DNA of 63,820 nucleotides, counting the filler, from Octopus bimaculoides (lineage: Eukaryota): the NCBI RefSeq assembly GCF_001194135.2. It is 7 parts of 6 records of this genome, joined end to end, with 100 filler letters (N's around TTAATTAATTAA, not from the genome) between each part and the next. Parts side by side here need not be neighbours in the genome. Positions count along the whole stretch, not along the records: positions 1 to 14,523 come from NC_068987.1; 6 more parts are not named here. One strand, given 5' to 3'. Of this stretch, positions 1 through 12,769 are shown in pieces. The first letter of the stretch is position 1. Each line of letters starts with the position of its first letter. Below the pieces are notes generated by a model, which made no database searches, had not been told where the DNA came from, and saw only the letters and a program-made list of their open reading frames with translations. The translations under genes were made by a program, and so were the position numbers.

Positions 1-291
1 GCATTTGCTTCACCATATACCGAAGTTCAATCTTCACTCGTTCATACTTGCTCGGTTTGCTAGCACAGTCGAATGTACTACTGGAATAACATACCGATGA
101 CGGAAATTGAATTTTACCATTCATAATCCAGAAACGCGTCTATGTTTAACTTTAAATGGTTAGTTTTCATTGTTTTTTCTTCTGGTTTTTGCCTTTGTGA
201 GTTACAAGTAATGCTATCGGTTGGAGTCTCAGCTTTTTTAGCTGCTAATTCTGAACTTCGGTATATGGTGAAGCAAATGCTTGCTGATCCC
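1..291. mobile_element. Short inverted-repeat-bounded non-autonomous element (MITE-like), left end cut by the window edge
   Basis: 1-29 (gcatttgcttcaccatataccgaagttca) is the exact reverse complement of 252-280. The right side continues ttgctgatccc-TTAA (TTAA at 292-295), compatible with a TTAA target site, but the matching left end lies outside the window. Confidence 0.6.
88..146 (+). ncRNA. Minimal type I hammerhead ribozyme motif (Penelope-associated type), U4C core variant
   Basis: Stem I aacata (88-93)/tatgtt (141-146); core CCGATGA (94-100); stem II gga/tcc closing a long loop (102-129); GAAA (131-134); minimal palindromic stem III ACGCGT (134-139); GUC triplet (138-140). Activity untested. 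Confidence 0.6.
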
Positions 292-364
292 TTAATTATG
301 TTTATATATATATATAGTTCTATATTTAAGAGATGGGGAATTATGTACATTATTTATATCCTTT

Positions 365-495
365 ACGTTTGACCGATATTTGTCCTCATCTTGTTCGTTA
401 ACACGTTTCGGCGGATATATCCTCCAGCCTTCATCAAGTGTCTTGTGGAAATTTCGAACCGGGGTCCTCATTCCTAAGTTATTTTTCGGTGTTGC

Positions 496-562
<67 letters not shown>

Positions 563-642
563 GTTGCTGTTTTTGTTGTTGTTGTTGTTGTTATTCAGGT
601 TAGTAACCGGAGCTCTTAACCACTACACCATATGCCCACGGG
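365..642 (-). mobile_element. tRNA-Ser-like SINE with (AAT/AAC)n microsatellite between A and B boxes and a hammerhead-relic tail
   Basis: Minus strand: A-box TGGTGTAGTGG (630-620), anticodon-arm-like TCCGG-TTACTAA-CCTGA (611-595), microsatellite ~496-594, B-box GGTTCGAAAT (460-451), then GACAC-TTGATGA-a-GGCTGGA...TCCGCC-GAAAC-GTGTT (442-400). Confidence 0.6.
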
Positions 643-1049
643 TATATGTATATATATGGACCTAGTGCTAAGAAACCATGCTAACACTATTCATAAAATC
701 ACAGTGTAACCTCTATCTTCACTATCCAAACATTTGGCATAAATCATTATCTCCATTGCATCATTTGCTAATATGAATTTCCACTAGTTAAACCGGAGTG
801 CCTTCACTTAAGACTTATCGCAAGTGGACTGGTACTTTGCTCTTGCTTCCTGCAATAACATAAACACAAACGCATGGCAACTATGAGGACACAGTCACCT
901 ACATATACTCAAAACACATTCCCTTACGACTCATCAATAACAGTAGATGCAGGATCCAAAACAGAGAAATTCGCTCACTAGGCGAATAAAAAGAATAAAG
1001 CAAAAAACCAATACTCTAAAATAACACCATCAGCATCACCCCCAATTGT

Positions 1050-2815
1050 GAACATTAACAAACTTGGAATCAAAGAATCAACAACTGCAGGACTGTATTA
1101 GAAACCTCACAAACAACCAAGGAGCTGCAGGGTAAGCCTGGACTATTAAAAACATAAAAAATAATCCTAAGGTCGTTTACTCCTTTGAAAAACACATAGA
1201 ACCACACTTACCTCTGTCGGCCCCCTGGTTGACGGAAACGGCATTCTTCACAGTGATGCCAGAGATATGGCTGAGATCCTGCAAAGTCAATACTGCTCTG
1301 TTTTCAGTGGCCCCGATTCATATGCCTCAAGCAACATTGCTTCTTTGAACCTTCAATATGTCCTTTCCGACAAAACCTTCAACATCACTGATGTCCGAGC
1401 AGCAATAAAAGAAATCAAACCTGATTCAGCAGTGGGTTTGTATAGATTCCCTGCTAGAGTGCTGTAGGAATGCCGACAGTAACTTGCAGCTCCTCTTGCA
1501 AATCTCTGGAGGAAATCACTGGATGTCAGTTTTATTCCTCAAAACCTTCTCTCCTACTCAGCTGTTCCTATCTTTAAAAATGGGAATAAATTGCTCCTTG
1601 TAAACTACCGATCAATCTGACTCATTTCACATATCACCAAAGTATTTGAGAGAGTGTTCATATCAAGAATAACAGCCTTCCTAGAACATGATCATCTCGT
1701 AAATTGCAGCCAGCATGGCTTTCGTGGTGGGAGAGACTGTCTAACACATCTCCTCCACCACTTTGATGACAACATAAATGCACTAAGTGAGGGCTCCAAC
1801 GCGCATGCCATATACATTGATTTCAGCAAGGTCTTTAACAGAGTCGATCACAATATACTGTTAAGGATACTGTCCAACGCTGGAGTCGGTAGAAAGCTAA
1901 TTCAATGGATTGGGTATTTCCTAGCAAACAGGATCCAGCGTGTTGTCGTTGATGGCATCCACTCAAGATCAGCAGAATTCATCAGCAGAGTCCTTCAGAG
2001 TACTGTGCGCGGTCCACTTCTTGTTATTGTCTATATAATTGACATGGCAGATTTCATTGAACATAGCACCATTTGCAGATGACTCTAAGCACCAGAATGT
2101 CATTAAGGAAACATATGAACGAAGGCTGCTTCAATCGGACCTCTGCACAGTAACCCAGTGGACACAAGAAAGACTATATGCTATTCAACGAAGAAAAATT
2201 TGAGCTCATCCACTTTCGAAAAGAGGGCACACTGAAGCAACCATATGCCCTACCATCGGGAGACCCACTTGAGCCGTTGGGTAATATCAGAGACTTAGCT
2301 GCAACTGTCGACAGTAAACTTAGATGGAGTGTGAACATAAACAAAAAGTTGATGTTGTCCGTACTGTGTGCTCTTGTATCCTGGAAACTTTTCAATCTAG
2401 GGATCATGAAACCATCATCCTTCTCTTTTCTACATTAGCTAGGCTCCACCTCGAATACTGCTGCTCATTGTGGTCCCCTTTCAAAAAAACAAGACATAAT
2501 GAGGATCGAAGCGCCAGAAAGATCAATCACTAAAAAAAAATAAATGGCTAGATATGACTTGATTATTAGGCTCTATTCAATGTTATCACGAAAGAAATTA
2601 AAGTATAAAAAGACACAACATTCGATCAGTACCTCGAAATATTCCTCCAGGAAATACCGGATAAACCACCTAAATCTGGAGACGTCTCAACCGCCAAAAA
2701 CAAATCTTTGCCTGAGTGTTCGCTGGTGCCCCGAAATAATTAAGTAAAACACGTTTCCAGGAGGTGCTATTGAGTGATTCGTGGCTTGGGCTGATAATGG
2801 GCGAAAAAATTTAAG
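1050..2815 (+). mobile_element. CR1-like LINE, decayed ORF2 (reverse transcriptase to C-terminus)
   Basis: Frame-broken RT motifs: MAEILQSQYCSVFS; SQHGFRGGRDCLTHLL; AIYIDFSKVFNRVDH; FADD at 2072-2083; LARLHLEYCCSLWSP; C-terminal EIFLQEIPDKP. Several stops and frameshifts. 5' boundary approximate. Confidence 0.9.
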
Positions 2816-3280
2816 TTAAGTTATATATATATATANNNNNNNNNNNNNNNNNNNNNNNNNNNNNNNNNNNNNNNNNNNNNNNNNNNNNNNNNNNNNNNNN
2901 NNNNNNNNNNNNNNNNNNNNNNNNNNNNNNNNNNNNNNNNNNNNNNNNNNNNNNNNNNNNNNNNNNNNNNNNNNNNNNNNNNNNNNNNNNNNNNNNNNNN
3001 NNNNNNNNNNNNNNNNNNNNNNNNNNNNNNNNNNNNNNNNNNNNNNNNNNNNNNNNNNNNNNNNNNNNNNNNNNNNNNNNNNNNNNNNNNNNNNNNNNNN
3101 NNNNNNNNNNNNNNNNNNNNNNNNNNNNNNNNNNNNNNNNNNNNNNNNNNNNNNNNNNNNNNNNNNNNNNNNNNNNNNNNNNNNNNNNNATACGTATATA
3201 TATATATACATATATATGTATATATATATACTCATTTATACACGTATATACGTTTATATATTTGCATATATATATGCGTG

Positions 3281-3338
<58 letters not shown>

Positions 3339-3399
3339 CATTAACAAGAAGGACGATGTGCGCAAGTCGTTTTGTTCCATTTTTCTACAATTGTATTAA

Positions 3400-3578
3400 A
3401 TGATTAGCGGCATTTCACCCGTCGCCGTGTTCGGAGCTCAAATTCCGATGTGGTCGACCTTGCAGTTAATTTTATCGACTACCAAGTCGATAAAATAAGT
3501 TCTACCTGAGTACTGTGGTCGGTATCATCGATTTACCCCCTGCTTGAAATGGCTGACCTTGTGCTAAATTTAGAAACT
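3400..3578 (+). mobile_element. SINE family A, 5'-truncated copy
   Basis: Shares ttagcggcattt...caaattcc...gtcgataaaataagt...ccttgtgctaaatttagaaac with copies at 16130, 17378, 42485 and 59400. Confidence 0.7.
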
Positions 3579-6500
3579 ATATATGTGCCACGTCTGATTA
3601 TTTGAAATATTTACTGCGTTATCACTTTTCGTCATTTAAAAGACAAGACAAAATTGAAAAGCCATATCCCTCACCCTTATAAAAACTACTTGAGTACTGA
3701 AGTTTATGCAATTTTAGTTTGGAAGAGGTACTTTATATAGAGTTAATCTAGTAAGGAATGATTATGATGAGTACAGGGAATACAGTTAAAAGCATTTTTC
3801 TGAGAACGCTTAATGCTTGTTAGTAACATCTTATATAAATATCTAGAAGTATCTGAATCTATTAACTTATCAAATTCGAAATAGAAACAACTTAAAAAAG
3901 AAATAATTTTATAGAAAAGTATCTGTTGCTGTGTGGTTGTTATAATGCGATATCGAGATAAATCTTTTTACTATCACTCTCCTAGCAAATTATTGCGTCG
4001 TACATATTCTTGGCAATAAACACTTCATCTCAAATAGCATTACCAAATTATGAAATAGAAACTGTACCACTAGCAACCCTAACTGGACTGTACCGTCAGC
4101 AACCCTAGGGAAGACACTAGCTAATTTAGGTATGATTACGGTGGCACAAAAATATGTTGTCTATAATTTTATATATGCATTTCTTTATTCTCTTATTTAT
4201 TTATATTCCCTTTACTTTTTCTCTTTTATTCATTCTATTTCTTTACCGGTTAATTTGGATTGTTGGTTTATTATGTATTTGCTTAAAATATTGTATGCCA
4301 AGGGAATGATATCAACATCTTCAACGAGGAGTAAAATTAAGAGTCAATTCAGCAAATCGTTTAATGTACAACCATGATGAAACGATATTCTATCCAATGT
4401 TACTTAATGCTGAATAGATGTATTATTTCGCATATCAAATAATGAAATTCCAGCAATGATCTGCTGGTAAAATGTTGACAAAACAGTTGTAGGAACTAGT
4501 TGCTAACTCCATTTTCCTTGTTAATACGTATACAAATTCGACGACGGATATTCACTGATTTTCATATATATATTACCAATACAGTGATTCATTTTTGTTG
4601 TATCTGATAGCCGATAACACTGGATAGGCTTTATAAAGTAAATTATAAGGTTGAAACCCAAGTACAATTTAAATGCCTGTGTTTGTGTATGTATGTGTGT
4701 GGGCGTGGACGTTCGCACGTGTATGTACGTAAATTTAACTCAGCAAAAACACACACGCACTCATAACCATTCTCTCATATGTAATTTTACAGGAATGTGT
4801 ATATAAATATATGTATGGAAGTACGTGTATCTTCTCCTACTCTATATAAGTGTGTACGTACCTGTACATACAAAAGAAGTATAAAGTACAAAGATATATA
4901 AAAGAAAGTGTATGTGTGTATAGGTATACATATATTTAACTATTTATCTCTGTGTATGTATTTATATATGTATTTGCATGCATTTATATATATTATATGC
5001 AAGTATTTATATGTGAATATTTGTATTTCATATGTACAATATATTCTGTGTATGCATGTGTGCATTCGGGATTGCAGAAACTGTTGTGCTCGAAATCGAT
5101 TTTTTTTTTCTCATTTTACATATTCATGACTTTTTTTCATACACTATTCCTGTGAAATGTAGAACATTCTGAAATAGACTTCCGACAATCGTCTTTAGCA
5201 AGATTCACTTATTCATTACTACATACCATACATACCCTTTTTTTGATAAGTTTACCTCGTTTTTGATTTATACTTTTAAACGAAGGTTTAGATAATAAAA
5301 TGTTTTAAAGAAATATGTTATTGTCATTTTATCGGTAATTGCTTTTAGTTGAGATTAAAATGCTGAGTATGTTGAAAAGCACCTTTTCTTTGGAGTTTTA
5401 AGACTTAAATTTTTTTAATTTGTCTTCCGAGTTTTGTTAATTTTTTATGTTGGATTCAATAGTAAAAAAACAAAAACGCAGCAATGAATTGCATAAACGG
5501 TAAAATATCAGCAACCAGTGTGGCGACATCTTACGAAACTGTAACTGATTTACGAAAATCTTGATTAACAGACACAACTAGAAAGAGACAATACACATTT
5601 GATTGAGTGGATCCAGTATAAAAAAATAAAAGCATGATGACAAAATGTTAATCCTTCGCCAAAACTATTTTCATCACTATCTTTTCTATTAATTTCTTCC
5701 TTGTCAACAACAAAGGTCACGCGCAAACTTGCATAAAATAAAAGAAACACTATATTTCGTCGTTTCATTACTGGAAAGATAAGATTTTTTTCCTGTAATT
5801 TGACTCTGTAATCTTTTAAGAATAAAAATAGAAGTTAAATTCAAAAATATATATATAATACTATAAAACTTCAATAAAACTTTATTTTATAAGTTCTATA
5901 GAATAAATCCACACTCGCTGGCTACATTGATAAAGAGGTGAGGAATAGATTGAGATAGGATCGTCTGCCCGGCTACAAAATCAATCCATTATTCTCCCAG
6001 TAATGACATTGACTTAAAATGTAACATATCAGAAACGTAATGCTAAAGCGATGTTCTTTCAATATAGAGAAATATGTCACAGAAATTCCAGTGAATAGGA
6101 AGAACAAGAGAGCGAGAGTGAGAGAGACCGCGGAAGTAGAGATGTGTGAATGAGAGAGAAAAATAGGTAATTTTGCGAACATCTGTATTTGATGTCTGCG
6201 GATATTTACTGTTAACAATGTAGAAATATCAGACAAAGTTTATCAATAGTCAACAATAACATCGCTTATATATGCAGCTCAGCAATGACCAGTAAGGTCA
6301 TTCTGTATTCAAGAGGTAGGTAGATTTATATTCATGTCAACGTGAGGGTATCCATGGGTAGATTTATATACATGTCAACATAGGGTATTCGGGAAACAAA
6401 ATCATGCTTCTTATTGGTTGGAGATGGTATGCAGAGGAGTATAAAATGACGGATATTGGAGCAGGTAAACAGAATAGATTTGTAATATCATAGAGATTTA

Positions 6501-8705
6501 AGAATTGTGGTTTATTCTTCTCGCCGCTATTGCTGCTTCAGTTCACGTTCTTGGCAATATTGTCGTTGCAATTGTTATAGTTTTTGTTTTTATAGAAGAA
6601 GTTATTATCGTTTAGCTCTAAGTCGAATTTGTTCAAGCATAGCTATGGCCAAAGTGTCTCAGCTGATACCATTTCATTTATTTATAAGGAGAATCGAAAG
6701 AGAATGACATGACGGATGAATTCTATTCAATATAGACGTTCCTATATTGCTGCCATAAGTTGTTGAGGAGGTATTCAATATTGTGCGTGTTACACCACAA
6801 TATTCTATCTGCCAGAATGGAAATGAAGGATTATGAATTAACTGATAATGATCCATCTGAAGTGCTTTACATCATTTACTGTGCACAATGTATATGGCCA
6901 TAAAACATTATTTACAACATATTTCTTTGTTATAACATCAGATAAATGGCGTTGGTACGCAAAACTAAAATGGCCCATTGATAATCTGACTTATATTTAC
7001 ATTGAGGTTTGTTAAATGTGTTTTGAATAAATAAATTTTTACAAAGAACAAACCAAGTATCACGTGCTATTTAAATTTGGGTGTTATACATTACCGATAG
7101 TGCATTCTGAAGCTTTCAGATACTTTGCAATGGTTCTGATTGACTTACCGGGATGTTTATCGATTATGCCTCAGACAATTTTTTTTATAAAACTTTATGT
7201 ATTGATTCGGGCTCTGTGAATTCGGGCCCTGTGCATTAGTTTTGCGTTTAGGTACAGATGTTGATTCCCCGTCAGCACGTACAAGCATATATATATTTAA
7301 ACCTTCGGTGGTATGCTCGTCCTTTTTTGTTTATGTATAGCACTCGAATTTAAACAGCAACAGATACTCGGTGTGTTCTTGGTACAACCTTAGATTACAG
7401 TGTGCATTTTTTTCACGTTCTGAGTAAACCTCAATGCCAATAATATTTACCTGAAATGTAAGTTAAATATAAAAGTTTGAAGAAAATTAGAACTCTCGGA
7501 AGAGGTATCCTCACAAAACAGACGCACCCTGCACATATAGGCATAGATATATATAGGTATGCATGCGTACATGGATGCAGGCATGTATGAATGAATGTAT
7601 GTATGTATGTATGTATGTATGTATTGCAGGAATATGATATAGAATTTAATCTATTGATATTTATAACGCTATTTGAGTATTGGATTTTAGATTCCACTGA
7701 ATATGTTTGATTCTATTCACATCGATTCTAGAGTGAAGCCTGTTTTAATCTTTGTTTATTATCGCAGTATTTCTCATTGATTGTCTTCTATTAAGAATTC
7801 CTTTTTCTATAGCCTCCCCATCATGTTCTCCAACAACCAAATGGTACCTGTCTTCTAACGTTCCCCTTTCACAATTTGCGATATGATATGAAACGAAGAA
7901 AATAATCAAGTTTATAGTTTATCTCAATATTCGCAGTATCGGGAGTAATAGCTTAAAAATACAAGTCAATCTCCGTGCCAGATTGATTTGATAATCAGTA
8001 AACTTTTAAAATATTATCGTTTCGAGTCTTTTGAATTTATTTTTAGATTCTGACTGATACTACATTTTTAAGCTTCATTGAGAGAAATAGCAGCAGTTTA
8101 TCGATATGCAAGAAATTCTTGTTTCATTCATACTTTAAACGGGAGCGTATTATCGTAATCCGTGAAAGCTTGTTATTTACCGAAATACATCCCAATTCAT
8201 ACCACATTAAGCTAATTATATGTATGTATGTATGTATGTATGAATGTATGTATGTATGCATGTATGCATGTATGCATATATGTGTGTGTGTGTCTGTGTG
8301 TGAGAGTGTATGTGTGTGTACGTGAGTGCGTTCGTGTGTGTGTATCGATGCTATTATGATAAACTATCGTATGTCCAAATTTGTCCAGAAGCTTTTTATT
8401 CAATATTCATTTTGGCTTACAATAGTCGGTTCATTTCGTCAAACTATTGTATCTAAGGCTGTTTGAGATGCTAAGATCTCAAAACTTGTCGAACAGATTT
8501 TTTTACAGAATAGGGAAACTATTTTTTAGTTTCCTTAAACAGCAAGATTTTGGACTTACGATATTGTAGCGTATTACCAATGATATGTATATGTATGTAT
8601 GCATGTAAGTATGTATATATGTATGTGTATATGTGTATACATATGTGCATATATAATATATATATATATACATAAACACATATGCATATATCTATGTATG
8701 TATAT

Positions 8706-8860
8706 ATAAGGTTGGCACAAAATCACCCGACAGTAAATCAGAACCATTTATTTATTTATGATTAGCAATTGAATGAATTTAATAAAAGCTCCTAAATATG
8801 AAACATCATGAAAACTGTTTAAACTACAGTCATTCTTGTGCGGCACATTTTTCTACTCGA
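8706..8860 (+). mobile_element. Possible mariner-type element end
   Basis: TA-flanked aggttggcacaaaatc resembles mariner-type TIR starts; no partner TIR found. Confidence 0.3.
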
Positions 8861-8930
8861 GTCAATACAGAATAACAGAATGTATTTATGGAATCTTGTT
8901 TACTGTCAGATGACTTTAGGCCAACCCATA

Positions 8931-8980
<50 letters not shown>

Positions 8981-9139
8981 TCAAATTTTCAGAAAAAAAC
9001 TAGAGAAGACTTGTGTATGAAGAAGAAACAGATGTATTGGTTTGACGCTCGGGAAAATGAGAAAGTCTTTTGCGCTTCGAGCGTACGCTCTGCAACAGAA
9101 AGGAATAGGAGAAAATAAACACAGAGAGAATAAAAAAAA

Positions 9140-10100
9140 ATCATGGATTCAGCGATCAAGCATGGTGACACATTATATATTAATGCTGAAAAATTCCAAA
9201 CCATGCGCTACCAGCTTCCAAAAGTGAATATGAATCTTACAGGAGACACTAGTCCACAGGGGATTTCTATCCCAGAGTCTAAATCAGTGAGGGACCTGTG
9301 TATCGACATGAGTGATGATACCTCTTTCCAAGTGCACATTACCAGGATGGCAACAAAGTGCAGACGGCTCGCTGGATGAATCCTGCGAAAATTCAGAACC
9401 AGAGATAAGGAAACCATGATGGTCCTTTGGAGGACATTCTTACTCAGCCGCCTGGACTACTGATCCCAGCTATGGACATCCAACTGTGTGAAATTAACAG
9501 CGGACGTTGAAGTTATCCAGCGAAGATTCACTAAGATCGTCTTTTTGCAACAGCTGAGCTACTGGGAAAGGCTGAAACCGCTAAGACTCTTCTCCCTGGA
9601 GAGAAGGCGGGATAGCTATGCAGTAATATACATCTGGAAGATCCTGGAAGGAATTGTGCCAAAATTTGGCATTGAAAGCTACACCAATGCCAGAACGGAC
9701 GATACTGCGTAGTGCCANNNNNNNNNNTGAAAGCTACACCAATGCCAGAACGGACGATACTGCGTAGTGCCAAAGGTCCCAGTAACACCATTGGGCTTCA
9801 TGACTTGTTACAGCAACAGCCTGGATTTCAAGGGCCCACAGATTTTTATATTCTCCCAAAGAGCCTGAGGTATCTGCACAAAGTAGATGTAGGCGTTTTT
9901 AAATCAAAGCTGGATCTCTTCCTATCGAGAGTCCCAGATGAACCTACCTCACAGCAAGAGTCGCAAATGAAGGTAGATACATCAAACTCCATTCTTTACC
10001 AAGTGCCACTTATTGGAGGAGTCTCCCAGTAATAACAGTGCAGCAAAACGGTGGTGCATCAGCATGGCTGCAGCTCTAAGCTGAAACTACAGAAAAAAAG
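9140..10100 (+). mobile_element. CR1-like LINE 3' fragment with intact 3' tail
   Basis: NAEKFQTMRY, VRDLCIDMSDD, SYWERLKPLRLFSLERRRD, FKSKLDLFLSRVPDEP...SNS motifs, followed by a 3' UTR cggtggtgcatcagcatggctgcagc...gctgaaac and an A-rich tail. Confidence 0.88.
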
Positions 10101-10212
10101 AAGAAATAATAAGACAAAATAGATGGAAAAAAATTACAGAAGGCTTGTGTTATATGTTATATGGTTAAAGAATATATTTAAATCGTTATGCTAGAAAAAT
10201 GTTATAAAATTG

Positions 10213-10403
10213 TGTGTATAGTAACATTGTTTTTGTGTATAGTAACATTGTTTTTGTGTATAGTAACATTGTTTTTGTGTATAGTAACATTGTTTTTGTG
10301 TATAGTAACATTGTTTTTGTGTATAGTAACATTGTTTTTGTGTATAGTAACATTGTTTTTGTGTATAGTAACATTGTTTTTGTGTATAGTAACATTGTTT
10401 TTG
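10213..10403. repeat. Perfect 21-bp minisatellite, 9 copies (tgtgtatagtaacattgtttt)
   Basis: Nine head-to-tail units read directly; gives the periodic TKTMLLY pseudo-ORFs. Confidence 0.97.
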
Positions 10404-10409
10404 ATACTC

Positions 10410-10794
10410 TGATCAGATGCGAGTACCAACAAAGAAATTGACAACAGACTTTCAAATGCTAACAAGTAGATTGTACAAGCATGTGTGGAACAACAAGCAT
10501 CTTATGATCAGCACAAAAATCAGCGTCTACAGGGATGTCGTTCTCATGACGCTTCTATATGGCTCTGAATCCTGGGTACTCTCCTGTTATCAGCTCATGC
10601 TTCTTCAACTTTTGGACCAGCGCAAAAATCCGTGACGATCAGAATGAATAAAAGACCAGCCACGCCCGAGGACCCAACACTTGATCATTTACTGGAACGA
10701 CTACATCACTGATATCCCCAGGCTAGGAGCCATTTTACGACTGCAATCGGCAGGACGTTGGCAGGATGAAAGACCACCGCCTACCCAAGATCAT

Positions 10795-10797
<3 letters not shown>
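10410..10797 (+). mobile_element. RTE-clade LINE fragment (region after the RT core)
   Basis: DASTNKEIDNRLSNA / RLYKHVWNNKHL / TKISVYRDVVLMTLLYGSESW and DHRLPKII motifs, with frameshifts. Confidence 0.85.
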
Positions 10798-10829
<32 letters not shown>

Positions 10830-11934
10830 ATACATATACCATCGCCTATCTAAATACTAACTAATAGAAAAATGCCCTTTAAGAGTAATAAAACATTATT
10901 GAAGAACATACCTATGAAATCATTTTCTTGACAAAGAATTAGGTAACCAACTGGTCGTGTATTATAGCCCCTAAAATCACGCAAACAGACATGTTTTCTA
11001 CTTCTTTACTGTACTTTTTACTAATCCTACTCCTTCATTAACTGGTTTATTAAAACAAATTGTTCTATTTCAAAAATATAAATGTAATCATGTAACCACG
11101 CCCAACTTGTTGTATGTAGAAATCCATCTTAATTCACGTTCCTACAACAAATTAATTTTATACATATTCCTGGTGAGTTTGTTTCATTATGTTTCATTTC
11201 AATGACGCTTCAAGAAACAGTACTGGCATATACCATTGTCTAACATAGAAAGATTAATGAGATTGAAGTGAGATGAAGCAAATGTAAAATATAAAAGAAA
11301 AGCAGTGTAACCTTGCTGAATTTATTTTACTTGTTAGGAATTGTAAAAACAATACGGATGCTTTTGAATTTTGACACGAGTGTTTGTAAATACAATTAAT
11401 CTCAGGATTATCGCCTTGCTTGAGAGCTTGCCCTTTTGAATATCTTAATCGGGTAAACTCCAGTTAATACCTTAATAAAATATTGCATACGTACATAAGT
11501 ATATTCCAAACTTATTCATACACTCTAACCTACCACGTCCACACACACAAGCACACGTACACACACACATATACATACACGTACACACACACACACACAC
11601 TCACACACACTGATATAAAGCTATGTATGTATGTTTGTCTTCTGTTTTTCTCCCTAACACAGACCAAATTTCTGTCCCCAAAAATTTCAAACCTCAATCC
11701 ATCTCCAAAATCCCCGACATGTTCGCGCACGAGGGTACTCATACTTGACTGATATGCACCCGCACCAAACCTACACATGGCCTAGCAAGCATACACATTC
11801 GCACCAATAAGTTGATGCCATCGTCTGCTTATACCCACCCATACCTCTCTCTACACACCTGAAGCAGATACACACGCAGAAGATTCAGACATCCGCATCT
11901 ATGCACTCATGCATCTGGTATTTACACTGTTGTG

Positions 11935-12115
11935 GATGTTTGTCTAGAATGTTGCGAATGATGTGGACAACTCTTGCGCCGGAAATACTCAGAGTTTCAG
12001 TGAGGACTTTAGCTGAGATCCGGCGGCCCTCAAAAATCTTGACGTGCACCACGTCGGCTTTGTCCTCTCTGGTTGCGGAAGTTGGCCGTCCTGATCAGGG
12101 CACTAAAGGGAGGCT
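11935..12115 (-). mobile_element. Mariner transposase relic (second HTH region)
   Basis: Minus translation P*SGRPTSATREDKADVVHVKIFEGRRISAKVLTETLSISGARVVHIIRNILD matches the mariner PRSGRP...DRRIS...IAE.LGIS...V..II...L motif. Confidence 0.75.
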
Positions 12116-12691
12116 TCTAGACACAAAGGATGAAGAGAAGTGGAGAGAAGAATATGGCTAGGATGTGTTGTAGATATTAAATGAATCGGCCTCGAAGATC
12201 AGAATCCGTACTAGTAACAATAGGAAACACAGAGTGGAATTGCCATGCTTGTGTGCCAAGACGCGCGTGTGTCTGTTAGTTATTTTGTAACAACCAGCTG
12301 AGCACTCTTTTCCTAGTAGCGATACAGGTTATGAAAGTGTTCACCATCAGCACTTCCTAGATATGTTAGCAAGACCCTGTTGGTCGGCAGCGTAGATGGC
12401 TTGCAATTTGAATATTATCTCTGCTATGCTTATGCAAGAGGAGATCCTCGGAAACAGCGAAGCTCAGCCTTTGGAGCCATTGCAAGGGCAATAGCTAAGT
12501 GGCAATCTTGTTTAGGGGGCTGTGATGTTGTGAAGCTTTTTTTAGTGCTTAGTGAGATTGTTAAGGTCAGCTTCTCCGGCCACTATTTGTATATACAGTG
12601 ATGATCATTTTACATGAAATCGATACACGTCCGGGGTTTGATGATGAAGTTGCATGAAAATAATGCATGTTTCAGAATGTGGGAATTAAAT

Positions 12692-12768
<77 letters not shown>
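12692..12768. repeat. (GTA)n microsatellite
   Basis: Pure triplet run read directly. Confidence 0.97.

Positions 12769-12769
<1 letters not shown>

Noticed and set aside
595-642. tRNA-like heads (also 42170-42240, 26650-26692, 61651-61680) as tRNA genes
   Set aside because: No complete cloverleaf or acceptor stem; each runs into a SINE body.
9671-9772. Short duplications flanking small gaps (9671-9717/9728-9772; 49913-50231/50349-50667; 21830-21903)
   Set aside because: Identical sequence either side of an N run indicates unmerged contig overlap, not a biological duplication.
10213-10403. 21-bp repeat as a CRISPR array or repeat protein
   Set aside because: Units are contiguous with no spacers, there are no cas genes, and the context is eukaryotic.
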